Assembly (NCBI GenBank): GCA_964234715.1
Contig: OZ174280.1
DNA: 64,000 nt
Source: Podarcis melisellensis
Taxonomy: Eukaryota
Reading direction: 5' to 3' (one strand)
Shown here: in pieces, positions 26,301 to 39,385 of the stretch
Layout of the letters: every line of letters begins with the position of its first letter
Numbering within the stretch: the first letter of the stretch is position 1
The notes under the pieces: model-generated
What the model was told of the DNA's origin: nothing
Database searches by the model: none
What the model saw: only the letters and a program-made list of their open reading frames with translations
Translations under genes and position numbers: made by a program

Positions 26301-29300
26301 GTCCTGCTGTTTTATGCTGTTTATGCAGAAGTTTTAATGCTGCTGCCTCGGTTTAATTGTTGCTCATTTTTTCTGCTTTAAATTTGACTTTTACTTTTTT
26401 GTGTTGAACTTTTTTTTTATTGCAAGCCACTATGGTTGCAATAGCGAGTATGAATCTGAACTTCAGTAAGATAAAACTTTATCTAACTTATGCTCAACTG
26501 AAGAGTCTGTTTCTGCTGCTTGATGATGTCAATTGCCTTTGCTTTCCTAGTAACAATGGATTTTCCTGATTGTTCAGTTTGCAGGAACTGCTTTGCAAAG
26601 GACCATCATGTTGCACTTGTTCTGGAAACTGAAACCCAGGCTGACAATTTGCTTATTGTTAAATAATTTCCAAGTGTTAAAAGTTTGATGATTCTGAACA
26701 TTAAATTTTATGAAGACAGGGATGCTTTCTGCAGCGTGAGGCCTGGAGCCAACTTGCTTGCTGTAGTAGGAGGAACAGGGGACTGAAACTCGCACATAAG
26801 TAATCAGATCCAGCTTGCGTCTCTGTGTGTATGTGCGTTCGTGTTGGTTATAGTTTGTGATTTATATATAGCACTCCTGAGAGCCACACTAAATTGGAAC
26901 GTCAGGTTTGTGAACATGCAAGCAAATGCAGCATTGTCTTGCCTTCTAAAATATGCTGAGCATTCTTGCCTACAAAGTCTTTGTCCCAGGTTGAGGTCTG
27001 TGGAAAGTAACTATGTGTGGATGGAAACAGCTTGGCTAATTATTCCTGAAACAGAAGAAAATTAAAATACTTTTTTTTTCTTTTGCTTATAAGACACAGG
27101 GAAGCAATAAAAGCAGTGCCAGACAGTTAATGGCTCTTTTGTATCTTTCATTTGAGAGACCTCAAAAGAACATCAGGAAGAATCAAGGCAAATGCTATTC
27201 CCACCTGGTATCATTAAACATGTTGCATTCTCCAAAATGGAAAACTCTGATGATATTCTGGAAGAGCTGAAGAATAAATAGCACTAAAATGAAGTATGCA
27301 TCTCTAGAGCTTTGGTACCTGCATTGTTAGAATCCATGCAAATTGGATAATTAGAAGAGAAGCTCAAATTAGAGGAGTAAATTAATGTGTGGTGTGACTT
27401 GTTAATAATTGCCCCTCTCAAACATTAAGAGGATTAATATTGCATTGTTTCTAAATTACAAAAAAAAACTTCCCATAATTAAGATAGCAACAGAAATGGT
27501 TTAATTTTGAATTTTCTGAATGTCCATGATAATTTAATCATAAGGCTCATTTTCTATGCAAAACACAGAATGTTGAAAGACAACTCTGCTACTGAGGAAA
27601 TGAGGATGGGGCAGATCCCTTTTAATCTTTTGGACCAAATTCATTGTTTATTCTTCTTTTCACAATGGGAATCATGTGTATTCACACCACTGTGTTCATT
27701 TGGTAACACACATCAGTAAATACGCAGCAGCTGTTAGAAAGTGCTAGTTAGTTTTGCCGATGACCTTTTCCGGTTTGGTTTCTTTCATTATTTAATAGTG
27801 TAACCTTTGATTTTGTGGAGCAGCTTCAATGCTAAATGCAAAGGTTTAATAATTGGAATTGCTTCATAAGTGACCTTTATTACACAGCTATCTCTTTGCA
27901 AGGGAAATCTCATTGTTTTTCAAGTTCTAATTCACCGTTTTAATTATGCTTTCTATTGACCACAAGCTCTAGTGGAAAATGGAAAGGTCAAACATTCCAT
28001 TGTTCCTTTACGGATTTAAATGTAAGTTCTCTGCAACTGATACATGTTGCATTAAAAAAATAATAATAGGGTGGGTCTTTTCTATACATATCCAGAGTGA
28101 ATCAGAGTTGCAGTAGTTCTGCTCAGCAGCATGGTTCTGCAGTCAAACAAGATGACAGGAAGACATTCAAAGACATCTCAGTATCTTAATGTTACATTTT
28201 GAACAGATACAATGATTCCTGGAGGATCAGAGTTTTTCAAGGGAGGGATTTAGCTCTTGAAAAGTTGGCTTGCTTTAGTGTTGGTATCAGGGAAAGCAGG
28301 AGCAATAACATGGGGTTCACAAGGAGAGGGGGCCAGGGCTGGGTGTGCTTGTTATTACATGCATGCAAGCCAAAATTCATTTCTGTAAGAGCGGTCCAAA
28401 CAAGCAAGTGTATGCAATAGCTGATTATTGTGCTATGGCTGGTCATATTTCTCAGAGTGGTTTTTAGGCATCATTTCATATGAGTAATACTTCCAGAAAT
28501 ATTTCCTTGGACTTTGCATTATGGACAATGGCTGCTTGAACATTTTATTGCCTCCCCTTTTTCACTAGAAGTCATTGTTCATTTCAGAAGCTGCAGGGGG
28601 GAATTATTATGATGCAACCAATTCCAGAATTTCAGTTTTATGTGATGTTACCATTGTGCTAATGAGAAGCTGGCATGTAGGGTGTCAGATGTGAGGCTGA
28701 TAAAGACATGCCTGCAAAGGAACAACTAGGAGCCTTAAAGTGCACTCAATTGTTCCATGGCTAGTATGGCTTGCATATGGGAAAAAATAAACTTGGTGTC
28801 AAATGCAAAGCCCACTGGGACATTGCTGCACTTGGGAGCTCCCTAGTGGCAATTCCCAAGTGCATCCGATGCCTGTCCAAAGTGGGGTTTGAATCAATTT
28901 CAGCTGCAAACTCTGCTGGGATTGACTGCACTCAGGAATTGCACAGTCAAATCTCACCAGGGTTTGCAGTAAGCACTAATCAGCTGCAAGCCCCTTTCAG
29001 CAGGAATTTTCCTTGGCGGGGGTGGGGAACCCTGGCAGCTTGTGTTTAAATGTGACTCCAAAGGAAGAAAGCAAAGAATTGGGAGTGCACTCTCAATTAT
29101 TTCCTTTGAAGTTGGGTGTCAAGTGATTGACAGCTGAATGGTCCTGCCCATCTATTAAGATGACAGATTCTTCCCCCATCTCTGCTATAACAGATAGGAA
29201 TTTTCCTCAAATAGTCATTTTGGCTTTGACCGCCAACTCATGGAAAATGTTATAGATGGTACCTCATTTAAGTCATAGTCAGGGTAAACTCACTAAAAAC

Positions 29301-32300
29301 AATGGACCATAAGTTAGTCACTGCCATTGATTTCAGTGGGTGTGCTCTGAATATGACTCAGTTAATTATCACCTTATGTGAATATAAATTTGTATATGGA
29401 TTCTCTACAATTGGGGCATAAAATTAATTCCTCCAGGGAGAATATATGTCCGTAGTATCCTAAGATACCATGCAAGAGTTAACTAGGAACACTTGCTCAA
29501 TTTTATGGAGATTTTCCTGCTTCTAGAAGCAATAGAAAGGTAGCCTTCAGAACATATTTCATTTAAGTTACTACTTTGCATCATTTAAGTGATGAGCATC
29601 AGTATGGCGGTCCCATTTGGCAGGTACAGCCTTTGGGTATATTAAAAAATAAAGTGCTTAATTTGATATCCTCAAGTATCTCATGACAGTCTTGCTTGTA
29701 TGAAGCTGCCAGTGTGTACTATCGATCACAGATGGTTCATGCAAGAAACATCAATATTGAGAAAAAGCTCTGAAAAAGCCATTGTAGATTGAGTCATGAT
29801 TATAAACAGATAAACGTAGTAAACTTATTAAAACATCAGTTTGTAAACAGGCCATATTAATCCACATTGTGCTCAAAATCCTCTGGCAGAATCACTATTC
29901 CACACCAGTCCCACTGACATTATTATTGCTCATCAGTTTTGTAGCAACAGATGGTGGTGATGACACAGCTGTGCAAATCCTGAAGTCAAGACACCAAACA
30001 AGCAAACCTAGAGAGGGTCAAATAATAAAGCCAACAGCAGATCCAGTTGGACGTGACAGATATTTAAGGTGGCAAAAGCTTTAATCTAGAAGGCTTCTAA
30101 AGCAATTGGATGGTCAGTAATAAAGACTTGAACTGAATTTATTTTGATGGCAATAGGTGCTCTTTAAAAATGGATTTCCTTTTATCCAGTTAGCATATAC
30201 AAACAACAATTCAATTTCTTGTATGTTTTGGCAGTGTGCGTGTAGATCACATGTGAGTACACATGAACCTTCTTCTTGGTGTTTGCAAACACAAGTTTGA
30301 CACCAGAAGAGGCAGTTGAACCAGACCAACCTTTCTACTTCACTACTCTCAGTTGCAGAAATCCCTTCTTAGACAGTACATGACTGCACAAATTGCTGAG
30401 CTAGATTTTACAAAATGATAACCACAAGACAATATAAAGGGGAAAGGCAATGTTCCAGTAGGTTGATTTGTTACATTCCATATGAACATTTTTTAAAAAG
30501 GAAAATGAACAGTGAACAACAACCAAGCAAGCATACAGAAACCCATTCTTCCATAAGGAGGCTTTTTTCCTTCAGTGTTTTTTATGTTGCTATTTCTTCT
30601 TAGCAATTGTTGTGGGAAGTGAGGGACAAGACAGGAAACTTCTGTGTGAATCCAACATACTGCTGATGCAATGGTTCCATCAGGACAAGTATTTCTGCTT
30701 TTGCAATGGAATGTTTTGCCATTCTGCTCCTTCTTCATGCCCCCTAAATCCATTTTCAGCATTTCTCCAACCTAACAGAGCAGATTTAGGGAGGACACCT
30801 GGGGAAGGGAAGAATGGGGGAAGCCCCGTTGTGCAAGTGGAAATCCTTGCACAGACAGTATGCATTAGTAGACAACCATCCTCCGTAGTTTTGCTGACAG
30901 GATAGTGCTCATTGGTACAACTTGTTGGTAGTTGAATCAGCTAAAACTCCAGCAGTCCATGGCCAGTCCAACCCTGCCCTCTTTCCACCCCTGATAGACT
31001 AGCTCCCACCTACAAGCAAACTTATTGTGGTAGCTTCCGCCTATCCACAGTTTAGTGGGACAGAGTCAGGTGCTTCACAGTGGAATGCTCTGCAATTTTC
31101 TTAGCCATTGTTTAATGGCTTAGCATTATGCACAAAAACAGCCAATAGCTAACAAGGTATGTTTTTCAAATGATTCATAATTACCATGTCATTATGAAAT
31201 ACTTAAATTCAGAGATAACACAGACACTACAATATTGACAAGATGTACCTGGGCAGCAGTATGATTAGATGACAAAAATGATTCCGGCAGTGGCAAATTA
31301 CTTTGCTCCATTTATTATTAAAGACCCTAATGACCGTAATAGATCTTTTCCTCACAGAGCTAATAATAAATAGCTTTTATATCTCTAGAATGTATTAACT
31401 CTGTACGCATATTCTTTTTGATCAATATTGTCAAGCCAGTACAGTTTCCGCAGAGACCACCTTGACCAAAAAGCAACTTTTCTACCAAAAACACATTACA
31501 TACCTTCATTTCTAGACCTTTAAAAAATGAGGAGGGGGGAAGCATCTTGTGCAGTGTAATGCAAACAATTATTATCTAGTTGACTTAAAATTGCAGAGGG
31601 CAGAGATTACATTTTATTCAATGTTCAGTGATAATGTAAGCAGGAGAAAGTCTCCCTGATGGCTTTGTTGTCATCCTGTTATTAAATAGCTTCACTTGCT
31701 TTGCCACGTGGGAGTTGACTCCTTTTCTCCTCGCTGCCACTGTGTTGTACTTTCCCTCTCTATTTTCTTTACAGCACTCTTCCAACCAGACACCATGAGT
31801 GCAAATGCATATTATCTAACAACAGCATGTAATCATGTTAGTCTTCTAATAATCATGTCTGCATTCTAATGGGCTAGGTAAAATTATTTGCCTCAAATCC
31901 TCCACAGGGTTCTAGCATTTATAATCCTCTCATTCTCTCTCTCTCTATGTATATACATGCTACAATTGCTGAACTTCCAAAGTTCTCACTTCCACCCTGC
32001 ACTTTTCTGGTTGCACAGATTTTAGCTGCATAACTAACATGCTCCAGCATGGAATCCCACAGAACCTCATTCCTGCCTTGGCTTTAATAGTTCCATGGGT
32101 ATTTTATTGACTATCTTTCTAAGTTTTAATCTCAGACTTTTCCCCCTGGCCTGTCTCAACTTCTTTTCCTCCCCTTTGACTAATTGGTACATGAGAATGG
32201 GCTTTTTCAATGATCGCTCCCCATCTGTGGAATGCTCTCCCCAGAGAAAGATGCCTGGTGCCATCATTGTCAGTTTTTAAGGGCCAGGCAATGACATTTG

Positions 32301-32503
32301 TAGTGTTGGTACTGATCCAGTGACAGAGAAGCTGATCATTGACAAATCAGTATCAGTGTTGGTCTTAGAATGCTCTGCCCTTGAACCACCTGAAATGTTG
32401 GTTGATTTGTTTCTGGTGCCATGCAGGCACTGGGTTGGGTAACATGCCTTGTCAAATGATGAAGCAGGAGCACAGATTTCTGGGAAGTGGCCTGTCCCAG
32501 AGA

Positions 32504-32545
32504 CTGACAGTTTATTTTTGTTCTCTTCTCTTCCTCCCTCACCAG
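32504..32545 (+). promoter_or_regulatory. 3' splice signal: candidate branch point CTGAC, polypyrimidine tract and CAG acceptor
   Basis: ctgac at 32504-32508, then tttatttttgttctcttctcttcctccctcaccag. Confidence 0.75.
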
Positions 32546-32955
32546 CCTCTACAACTGGACTGTGACCTGTGTGCCATCATTTCAAATTCAGGTCAGATGT
32601 CTGAACAGAAAGTAGGATTTGAAATTGACCAGTCCTCCTGTATCTGGAGGATGAACAATGCTCCTACCAAGGGCTATGAAGAAGATGTTGGGAAGCGGAC
32701 CACCGTGAGAGTCGTCTCCCACACCAGTGTTCCTCTTCTGCTTAAGAATCCTGAATATTTTTTCAAGGAAACCAACAGCACAGTTTATGTCATCTGGGGA
32801 CCTTTTCGAAACATGAGGAAGGATGGCAGTGGCATTGTGTACAACATGCTGAAGAAGACTGTGGACAGCTACCCTGGGGCAAAAATCTATGTGACCACAG
32901 AGCAGCGCATGAGTTACTGTGATGAAGTATTTAAGAAGGAAACTGGGAAAGACAG
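32546..32955 (+). CDS. ST6GALNAC3: Internal coding exon (410 bp, likely exon 3) of ST6 GalNAc alpha-2,6-sialyltransferase 3 (GT29); contains sialylmotif L
   Basis: Translates PLQLDCDLCAIISNSGQMSEQKVGFEIDQSSCIWRMNNAPTKGYEEDVGKRTTVRVVSHTSVPLLLKNPEYFFKETNSTVYVIWGPFRNMRKDGSGIVYNMLKK...FKKETGKDR, nearly identical to the ST6GALNAC3 sequence as I recall it. Preceded by a polypyrimidine tract and CAG (32543-32545), followed by GTAAGT (32956). Phase 0 start, phase 2 end. No other exons recognised in the window. Confidence 0.96.
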
Positions 32956-33492
32956 GTAAGTCCTGTCTGGCAGATTGAAAACTTATACCAATGTCAAAAA
33001 AGGATTTGCCATTGTTGAGTTGTTTACTGTACATGCCCACAAATAAGTAATTTGCTGAAAGCTATTGAAATGTGTCCATTGCAGGGACAGGACTCAAACT
33101 CATGATTTTTGGATCAAAGTCAGTGTTGTCCACTAGGCCATGTTGACTCTTTTGCCATGTTCCATATGTTATACTTTCAGCTCCTCACTCCATTGAGAGG
33201 CCTTGAATGTGACAGTGAAGTGTGTTCTGAATCTGAGCCACTGGGTAAGCTGTCAAAGAATAACTTAGCTCCATATGTGAGGGGAAATGGCTGTGTGTGC
33301 CTTGCCAAACCTTTAGACATTTGTTCACTCTATCAGTTTCAGACTCTCAATTTTTCTTACTTTTGTTACTTAAGCTAGATATTGTGGTTTCCTCAGAGAA
33401 ACAACAGCCCTCACTTCCGTTGTTGCTTTAAACAGTGCACTGATTTTGCTGCAAACCAAGTTACAGGGAAGCCAAATGCCACTCCTATAGTA

Positions 33493-33836
33493 AAGGTAAA
33501 GGTAAAGGGACCCCTGACCATTAGGTCCTGTCGCGGACGACTCTGGGGTTGCGGTGCTCATCTCGCTTTACTAGCTGAGTACAGCTTCCAGGTCATGTGG
33601 CCAGCATGACTAAGCCACTTCTGGCGAACCAGAGCAGCACACGGAAACGCCGTTTACCTTCCCGCCGGAGTGGTACCTGCTTATCTACTTGCACTTTGTG
33701 CTTTTGAACTGCTAGGTTGGCAGGAACAGGGACCGAGCAATGGGAGCTCACCCCATCATGTGGATTTGAACCACCAACCTTCTGATCAGCAAGCCCTAGG
33801 CTCTGTGGTTTAACCCACAGCGCCACTCGCATCCCT
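33493..33836 (-). mobile_element. Sauria SINE, full length
   Basis: (aaaggt)n tail at left, head ...cgccactcgcatccc at right. 13-bp TSD cactcctatagta at 33480-33492 and 33837-33849. Confidence 0.92.
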
Positions 33837-36800
33837 CACTCCTATAGTACACAAATGTAAAACTTTACTTGGAACCAGGGAAGTTTATTCCTAAAATATC
33901 AACTGTATACATGTTGTGCACCACCAGTGTATTGCTATAACATATTTCTAGCCTTACAAGCCTCTAATGACACTTAGATGTTAGTTGACCTTGAGAAACA
34001 AAGTATTTCTAGCACAAGATTATCTCAATTTTGAACTACCCGGTGGTGGGGAAAAGCGATCAGGAATGAGCTGCAAACAGGTCTGTGATGCAAATAACCA
34101 AAGCATTTAAAATCAGTAATTAATATTAGTTGGTAGAAGAGGCTAAAACCAAGCTCTATTAAGGAGCTAATGTCCACCAACCTGTCACATTCCAAAACAG
34201 ATTCCCTGTTTACCTAATCTGAACACAGAATAACTTCTGAAACAGGCTGTCAAAACCTGGCTATTGTTCTTGACACCATGATGGTGTGAACGTGAAGAAA
34301 AAAAATGTTCTTTTTTGCAGACCCTCATTAGGGAAATATTTATATGTTTAAGGCAGTATGAACTTTCCTTCTTTCTGAAAAATTGTTGTGCATAAATAAT
34401 GCCATTTCATTTTTATGATTGTGGAGGTGCTCAGAATCTGACAGCTTTTTCCAATACTTCATTAGCACTTTTCAAAGCTGCATTATGTATACAGAGTCAG
34501 ATGAAAGGAAGATTTAAACTATGTTTATAGGGATGCCAACCAGCAACCAAATGTGAAAAGGATTTCCCCCCTTTGTGACTGTTTACCTGAATTCCGGCAC
34601 ACTATTGAGTTGCCTTGAAGTTTAAAACCTAATAGAAAATCTTACAGCATCGTTTAATTAGTAAATAGCTGGGAAAGGAATCCTTGTAGATTCCATTAAA
34701 ACAAAAAAGAGTTCATTCTGGTCTGATAAAATGCACTGAGCAGCTCTAAATAGCATTTAATTAGCTGGCACCAAAGCTGCTCCACCCTCAGGGATGCGTA
34801 AAATTAATGAAGGTTAGAAGCAAAGAGATCAATGCTACCATACACCACAGCCTTACGTGGAGGTGATGTGGAGGAAGGGAGTGTCTTGGTGGCGAGGCTT
34901 CTTTTGGAAACCATTTGCCCTTAAAAAACAGAAAGTCACTTTCACAGAAGCAATGCTTAAAATGAGCATCAAACAACATTGCTGTGGGCTAGGCTGGTGT
35001 AATTTGAGCCAGCTTGCAACCCCTCTCACTGTTTATCCTGAACAGCCCAGATTAGCAGTGGTGCAGTGCCTTAAGCAAAAACTGTGTTGCAATCTGCTGT
35101 CAGGCCCAGTACCTTGACTAGTGTGCCTCTGTTTAATTATTACACCACCCGCAATACTGACTACCCAGTCGGTGACCAACACGTGGCGCTGGTTGGTAAT
35201 ACTGTGTTCAGAACCTTGTATTACGCAATCATACTGCTTAGTCAGATGTTGCCGAGATGTTTTGCTTTGCTTTGTTTTAAAAGATGGCTATAAACAACAT
35301 AGTTACAGTATAGGCCTTCTAAAATTCTTATAAATAATTTTACACTACTTTTTATGTTGTGAACTGCCCTAAGATTTATGGATGAAGCATGGTATACAAA
35401 TTTAATAATAATTAAAAGATACTTAACTGATCATCAGCATACCTCAGAGTTGGCATTCACATCAGCTTCTCAAATCAGATGGGGGACCCACCAGATTACA
35501 GGTAGCTCAAATGCAGCAGACCAGTTGCTCTGATGAGCTTCAGAGGTCAACCAAGCTGCAGTCTCTAACAGCTGTTCTCAGCTATATCCCCAAACTCATG
35601 GGCAAACAGTGGTTAAACAGGCTATGCTTTGGCCTAGAGCTGTAGACTCCTAAGGCACAACACATCTCTTTAGCAATTATTCAATATAAGGATTTGATGA
35701 ATGAATAGAGTTGGAAAGGTTGGTTGGTGGATGAGTTGATTCCTTAGTAAGGTCCAGGTTGCTTACTCAGGTGGAGTAAACCATTAGTTCAGGATGCAGA
35801 CCCAAGCATGGAATTGTCATACAGATGTTTGTGATCTTCTGCTCCTCATTCAGGGCTACTGTTTCCTTTAGGACATGCCTGTTCCCTTATGCCACCAATT
35901 CTGGGCTAGCGTCTTAAGTCACCACATATGATGGAAGTTTCTGAGACTAGCATTGTTCATGTATTATACTGATACTTATCTTTAAAAAAATAAATAATTT
36001 CTGGAGCCAAAGGGCTTCCAAGGTGGTTCACAGTATATATCATAATGCGATAAAAACCAGCATCAGAAGAGCAGAAGCGTTGTAGTCACCTATGTTATCC
36101 TCAGAGCAGACCCACTGAAGTGAACGGACCTAAGCTAGTCATGTCCATGAATTTCAGAGGGTCTACTCTGAGTAGATCTAGCATTGAATACTACACCTGG
36201 AGTTACTAAACTGTTAAAAACTTGTCAAAAGCTGGCAGAATAAAAATGTTTTGGCTGCCCACCAACTACCAAAAATGAAGCTATTTGAATTTCCCCTTGC
36301 AGAGAATCCCTTAGCAGTGGAACATACCACGTCACCATTTAGCCTCATCACTGTGGTCCCAATCCTCGTACAAGGGGTTCTGTAACCCTACTCTTGTTCT
36401 GTGCCTTCTATGTATTCATTTCCATTGTTCTCAGTTATGGTATGTTGCCATTACAAGGATATAAATAATATTTGCTGCTGCTTACTCCAGTATAACCCAA
36501 GATGCACCAAGATTTGCATGGGGGCAGAATTAGTATTCTGTGCAAGACATCAACTCTGGTCCACCTTTGGAAATAAGGAATGGACAAAATGAATCCAGTA
36601 AGCAAGTTGCATAATTTGAAAGGTAGTTAGTATTTTAGATAGATCCGAAGGCAACAAATTACTTTTGAGTTTCACACGGCGGAGTCCTTAGTCTCCTCAG
36701 TATGTGCACCAGATGGTCAACATATTAGGCTTTGAAAGTGATGTTTTATCATTTGAGGCAGAGAAATGCATCATGCTGCTCACTGACTTCTAAGTCAGGA

Positions 36801-37089
36801 TGCAAGGATATGGAATTGCTGAACCTGAGACTTTGATCAGTTTCCTTGATGCAGTTGGCTTGTTACCATGACAATACATGTAATCCATGTAATCTGTGCT
36901 ATAAAACTGCTTATTCCAAAGTAACTTCGTTGAGAGTCAATAACTTATGAGATCCTTTTACCATTGGTTGTGATTCTGTCTGCTTGCGAAGATGAGGCTG
37001 ACACAGATCAGTCACCTTCCTTCCATATCTCTTCATTTATTATATTTATAACTTCATTTACTAGATTTATAATGTTTCTGAGCACAATT

Positions 37090-37430
37090 CAATGTGTTTC
37101 TTCTGACCTTGGGCCAGTATATCTGAAGGAGCATCTCCACCCCCATCATTCAGCCTGGACACTAAAGTCCACCTCTGAGGGCCTTCTGGTGGTTCCCTCA
37201 CTGCAATAAGTGAAGTTACAGGGAACCAGACAGAAGGCCTTCTCAGCAGTGGCACCCTCCCTGTGGAATGCCCTCCCATCAGATGTCAAGGAGATGAACT
37301 ACTCAACTTTTAGAAGACATCTGAAGGCAGCCCTTATTGGGAAGTTTTTGATGTTTGGCGTTTTGTTATGTTTTTATATGTCCAGGAAGCTGCCCAGAGT
37401 GGGTGGAGAAACTCAACCAGAGTATAAATA
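37090..37430 (+). mobile_element. L2 LINE 3' fragment
   Basis: LGPVYLKEHL...TRQKAFSAVAPSLWNALPSDVK..FRRHLKA, typical of the L2 ORF2 C-terminus, followed by T-rich 3' UTR. Confidence 0.8.
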
Positions 37431-37951
37431 CTCATTCACTCATTCATGAAAGCATGCATAAGATTCTCAAGTGGTCACTTATTCAGTTGCTTATCTGACC
37501 TGGACCTCCATATTGTCACTATAAAGTTGCTGCATCAGGGATATTGCTAGGGAATGGGGTCCCAGGGCATGGGGAAAATCTTTATTCAGATTGCCCCAAG
37601 TATTTCCAGGGGGTATAAATTTAATTGGGGTGTGTGATTTTGATTACTGGGTGAATATTAATTTGGTGGGATAAAATACATTTAGGTGATTTTATCTAGA
37701 GATTGTTTGTGGGGGCCCCAGGAATGGGCTTAATGCCAATACTAAGATATGCTAAAATGGCTTATATACATGAGCTTCACAGTGTCTTAAACTTTGAAGC
37801 TCTTTGCATGAGGTCTTCTACAGTGCTAATGCAAATCAGCTCTCAGATCGGCTTCCCTAGGCAGCACGGACAAGGATCTGCTTTAGTTTGTTATCTGAAC
37901 CATACGAATGTACATTTCCATGCAAATTTAAACAGCTGCCCTGCAAATATT

Positions 37952-38237
37952 GTTGTTTAGTTTTCTTAGTCGTGTTCGACTCTCCGTGACCCCATGAACC
38001 AGAGCATGCCTTGGAAACTCTCACTTTCTTCTCAAAGCTTCTCCTTTTTTATTTACATGCAGTTTTCTTGGCAAAATACTGGAGTGGTTTGCCAGTTCCT
38101 TCTCCAGGTGGATCACATTTAGTCTAAACTCTCAGCTATGACCTGTCCATCTTGGGTGGCCCTGCACAGCATAACTCATAGCTTCTTGGAGTTATTCAAG
38201 CCCCTTCACCACGACAAGGCAGTGATCCATGAAGGGA
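37952..38237 (-). mobile_element. Short BovB (RTE) derivative: 5' UTR joined to 3' end
   Basis: Minus strand begins cccttcatggatcactgccttgtcgtggtgaaggggcttg...ggagaaggaactggcaaaccactccagtatt (BovB 5'-like) and ends gttcatggggtcacggagagtcgaacacgactaagaaaactaaacaac (BovB 3'-like). 11-bp TSD ctgcaaatatt at 37941-37951 and 38238-38248. Confidence 0.85.
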
Positions 38238-39159
38238 CTGCAAATATTAGTAGAATAATATAGCTTGTGAGTTGGCGTACTAGGGTACACCTAATAGGCA
38301 CATTTAAGCTCATGGAGTGGCAGAGATCCAACCAAGAGCAGGGAATTGTTAAAGTATCCTTTGTAGTGGTAAAAATCTTGAACTTTGGTTTGCTTTTATT
38401 CCCCCCCCCCATCTTCCTGTAGCAAGAGCAACAGTAAAATAGGTTTGTATGAACTGTACAAATAATTGTGAAAATAACTCATGGGTTATTTTAAAAACAG
38501 AATAGTATCACATATTATTTTTATGAAGTCAAAAAGTACTGTTGGGGTGGGGAGGGGTGAATCCATAAGCTAAATCTATCAGATTAAAAATTGTTTTCAG
38601 GCATGTGTGTGTGTGTGTGTGTGTGTGTGCATGTGCTCTGGTATACTGTGGTAAACTCATGGCTTTGTAACTTCGACAAGGGCCACTTTATAAATTGGGA
38701 GCACCCCCAAACTTTTACTGTGAGCATTCCCTGAACTATTCATTGCCCATCTCTGTTCTTTCTTTATTTTTTTTATAAAGCAATTCTTTCAGAAAAGGTT
38801 AATGGTTTTGTCCATCTTCATTCATGGAATGACTAATAGCTCCTTTGTCAGTTAAGAGTTCTTTATTGGCTGAAAAAACAAAGGGTATGAAGCACAAAAT
38901 GTTAATGAAATAAATAGATTTTTCATTATAAAACACTTAAAGCTCATCCTGTAACACTCCTGAATGCAAGAAACATTCCTGATAGCAAGTGTCTGGTGGA
39001 ATGGTAGGGGGTGGGAGCAGGGAGGGAGAAAGAGAATGGTATTTGTACTGCCTTCTAACAGTCCAGAATCAACTGATGAAGTACTAAGTCCAGAATTGGA
39101 CTAGATTTTATCCAGATGTTTTATTATTAAGTGCATTTAAGTGCACCTCAAGCGCTGCC

Positions 39160-39385
39160 TTTCCCCATATAACTGACCTTGTGATCATAATCTGAGACCC
39201 TTCTTCATGTGTCCCCCTCCACCAGAGGTCCAAAGGGTGGCAACACAAGAACAGGCCTTTTCTGCAGTGACTCCCAGCTTGTAGAATGCTCTCCCTACAG
39301 AGGCTTGCCTGGCGACTTCACTGCATATCTTTAGGCTCCAGGTGAAAACATTCCTCTTCTTCCAAGCCTTTGGCTAATTAAATAA
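39160..39385 (+). mobile_element. L2 LINE 3' fragment
   Basis: caggccttttctgcagtgactcccagcttgtagaatgctctccc (RAFSAVxPxLWNALP-like); tail resembles the reverse complement of 18770-18870. Confidence 0.7.

Noticed and set aside
32381-32545. N-terminal extension of the 192-aa ORF
   Set aside because: Intronic read-through upstream of the splice acceptor; similarity to ST6GALNAC3 starts only at PLQLD.
32588-33040. 150-aa antisense ORF
   Set aside because: Shadow of the real exon on the opposite strand; no recognisable domain.
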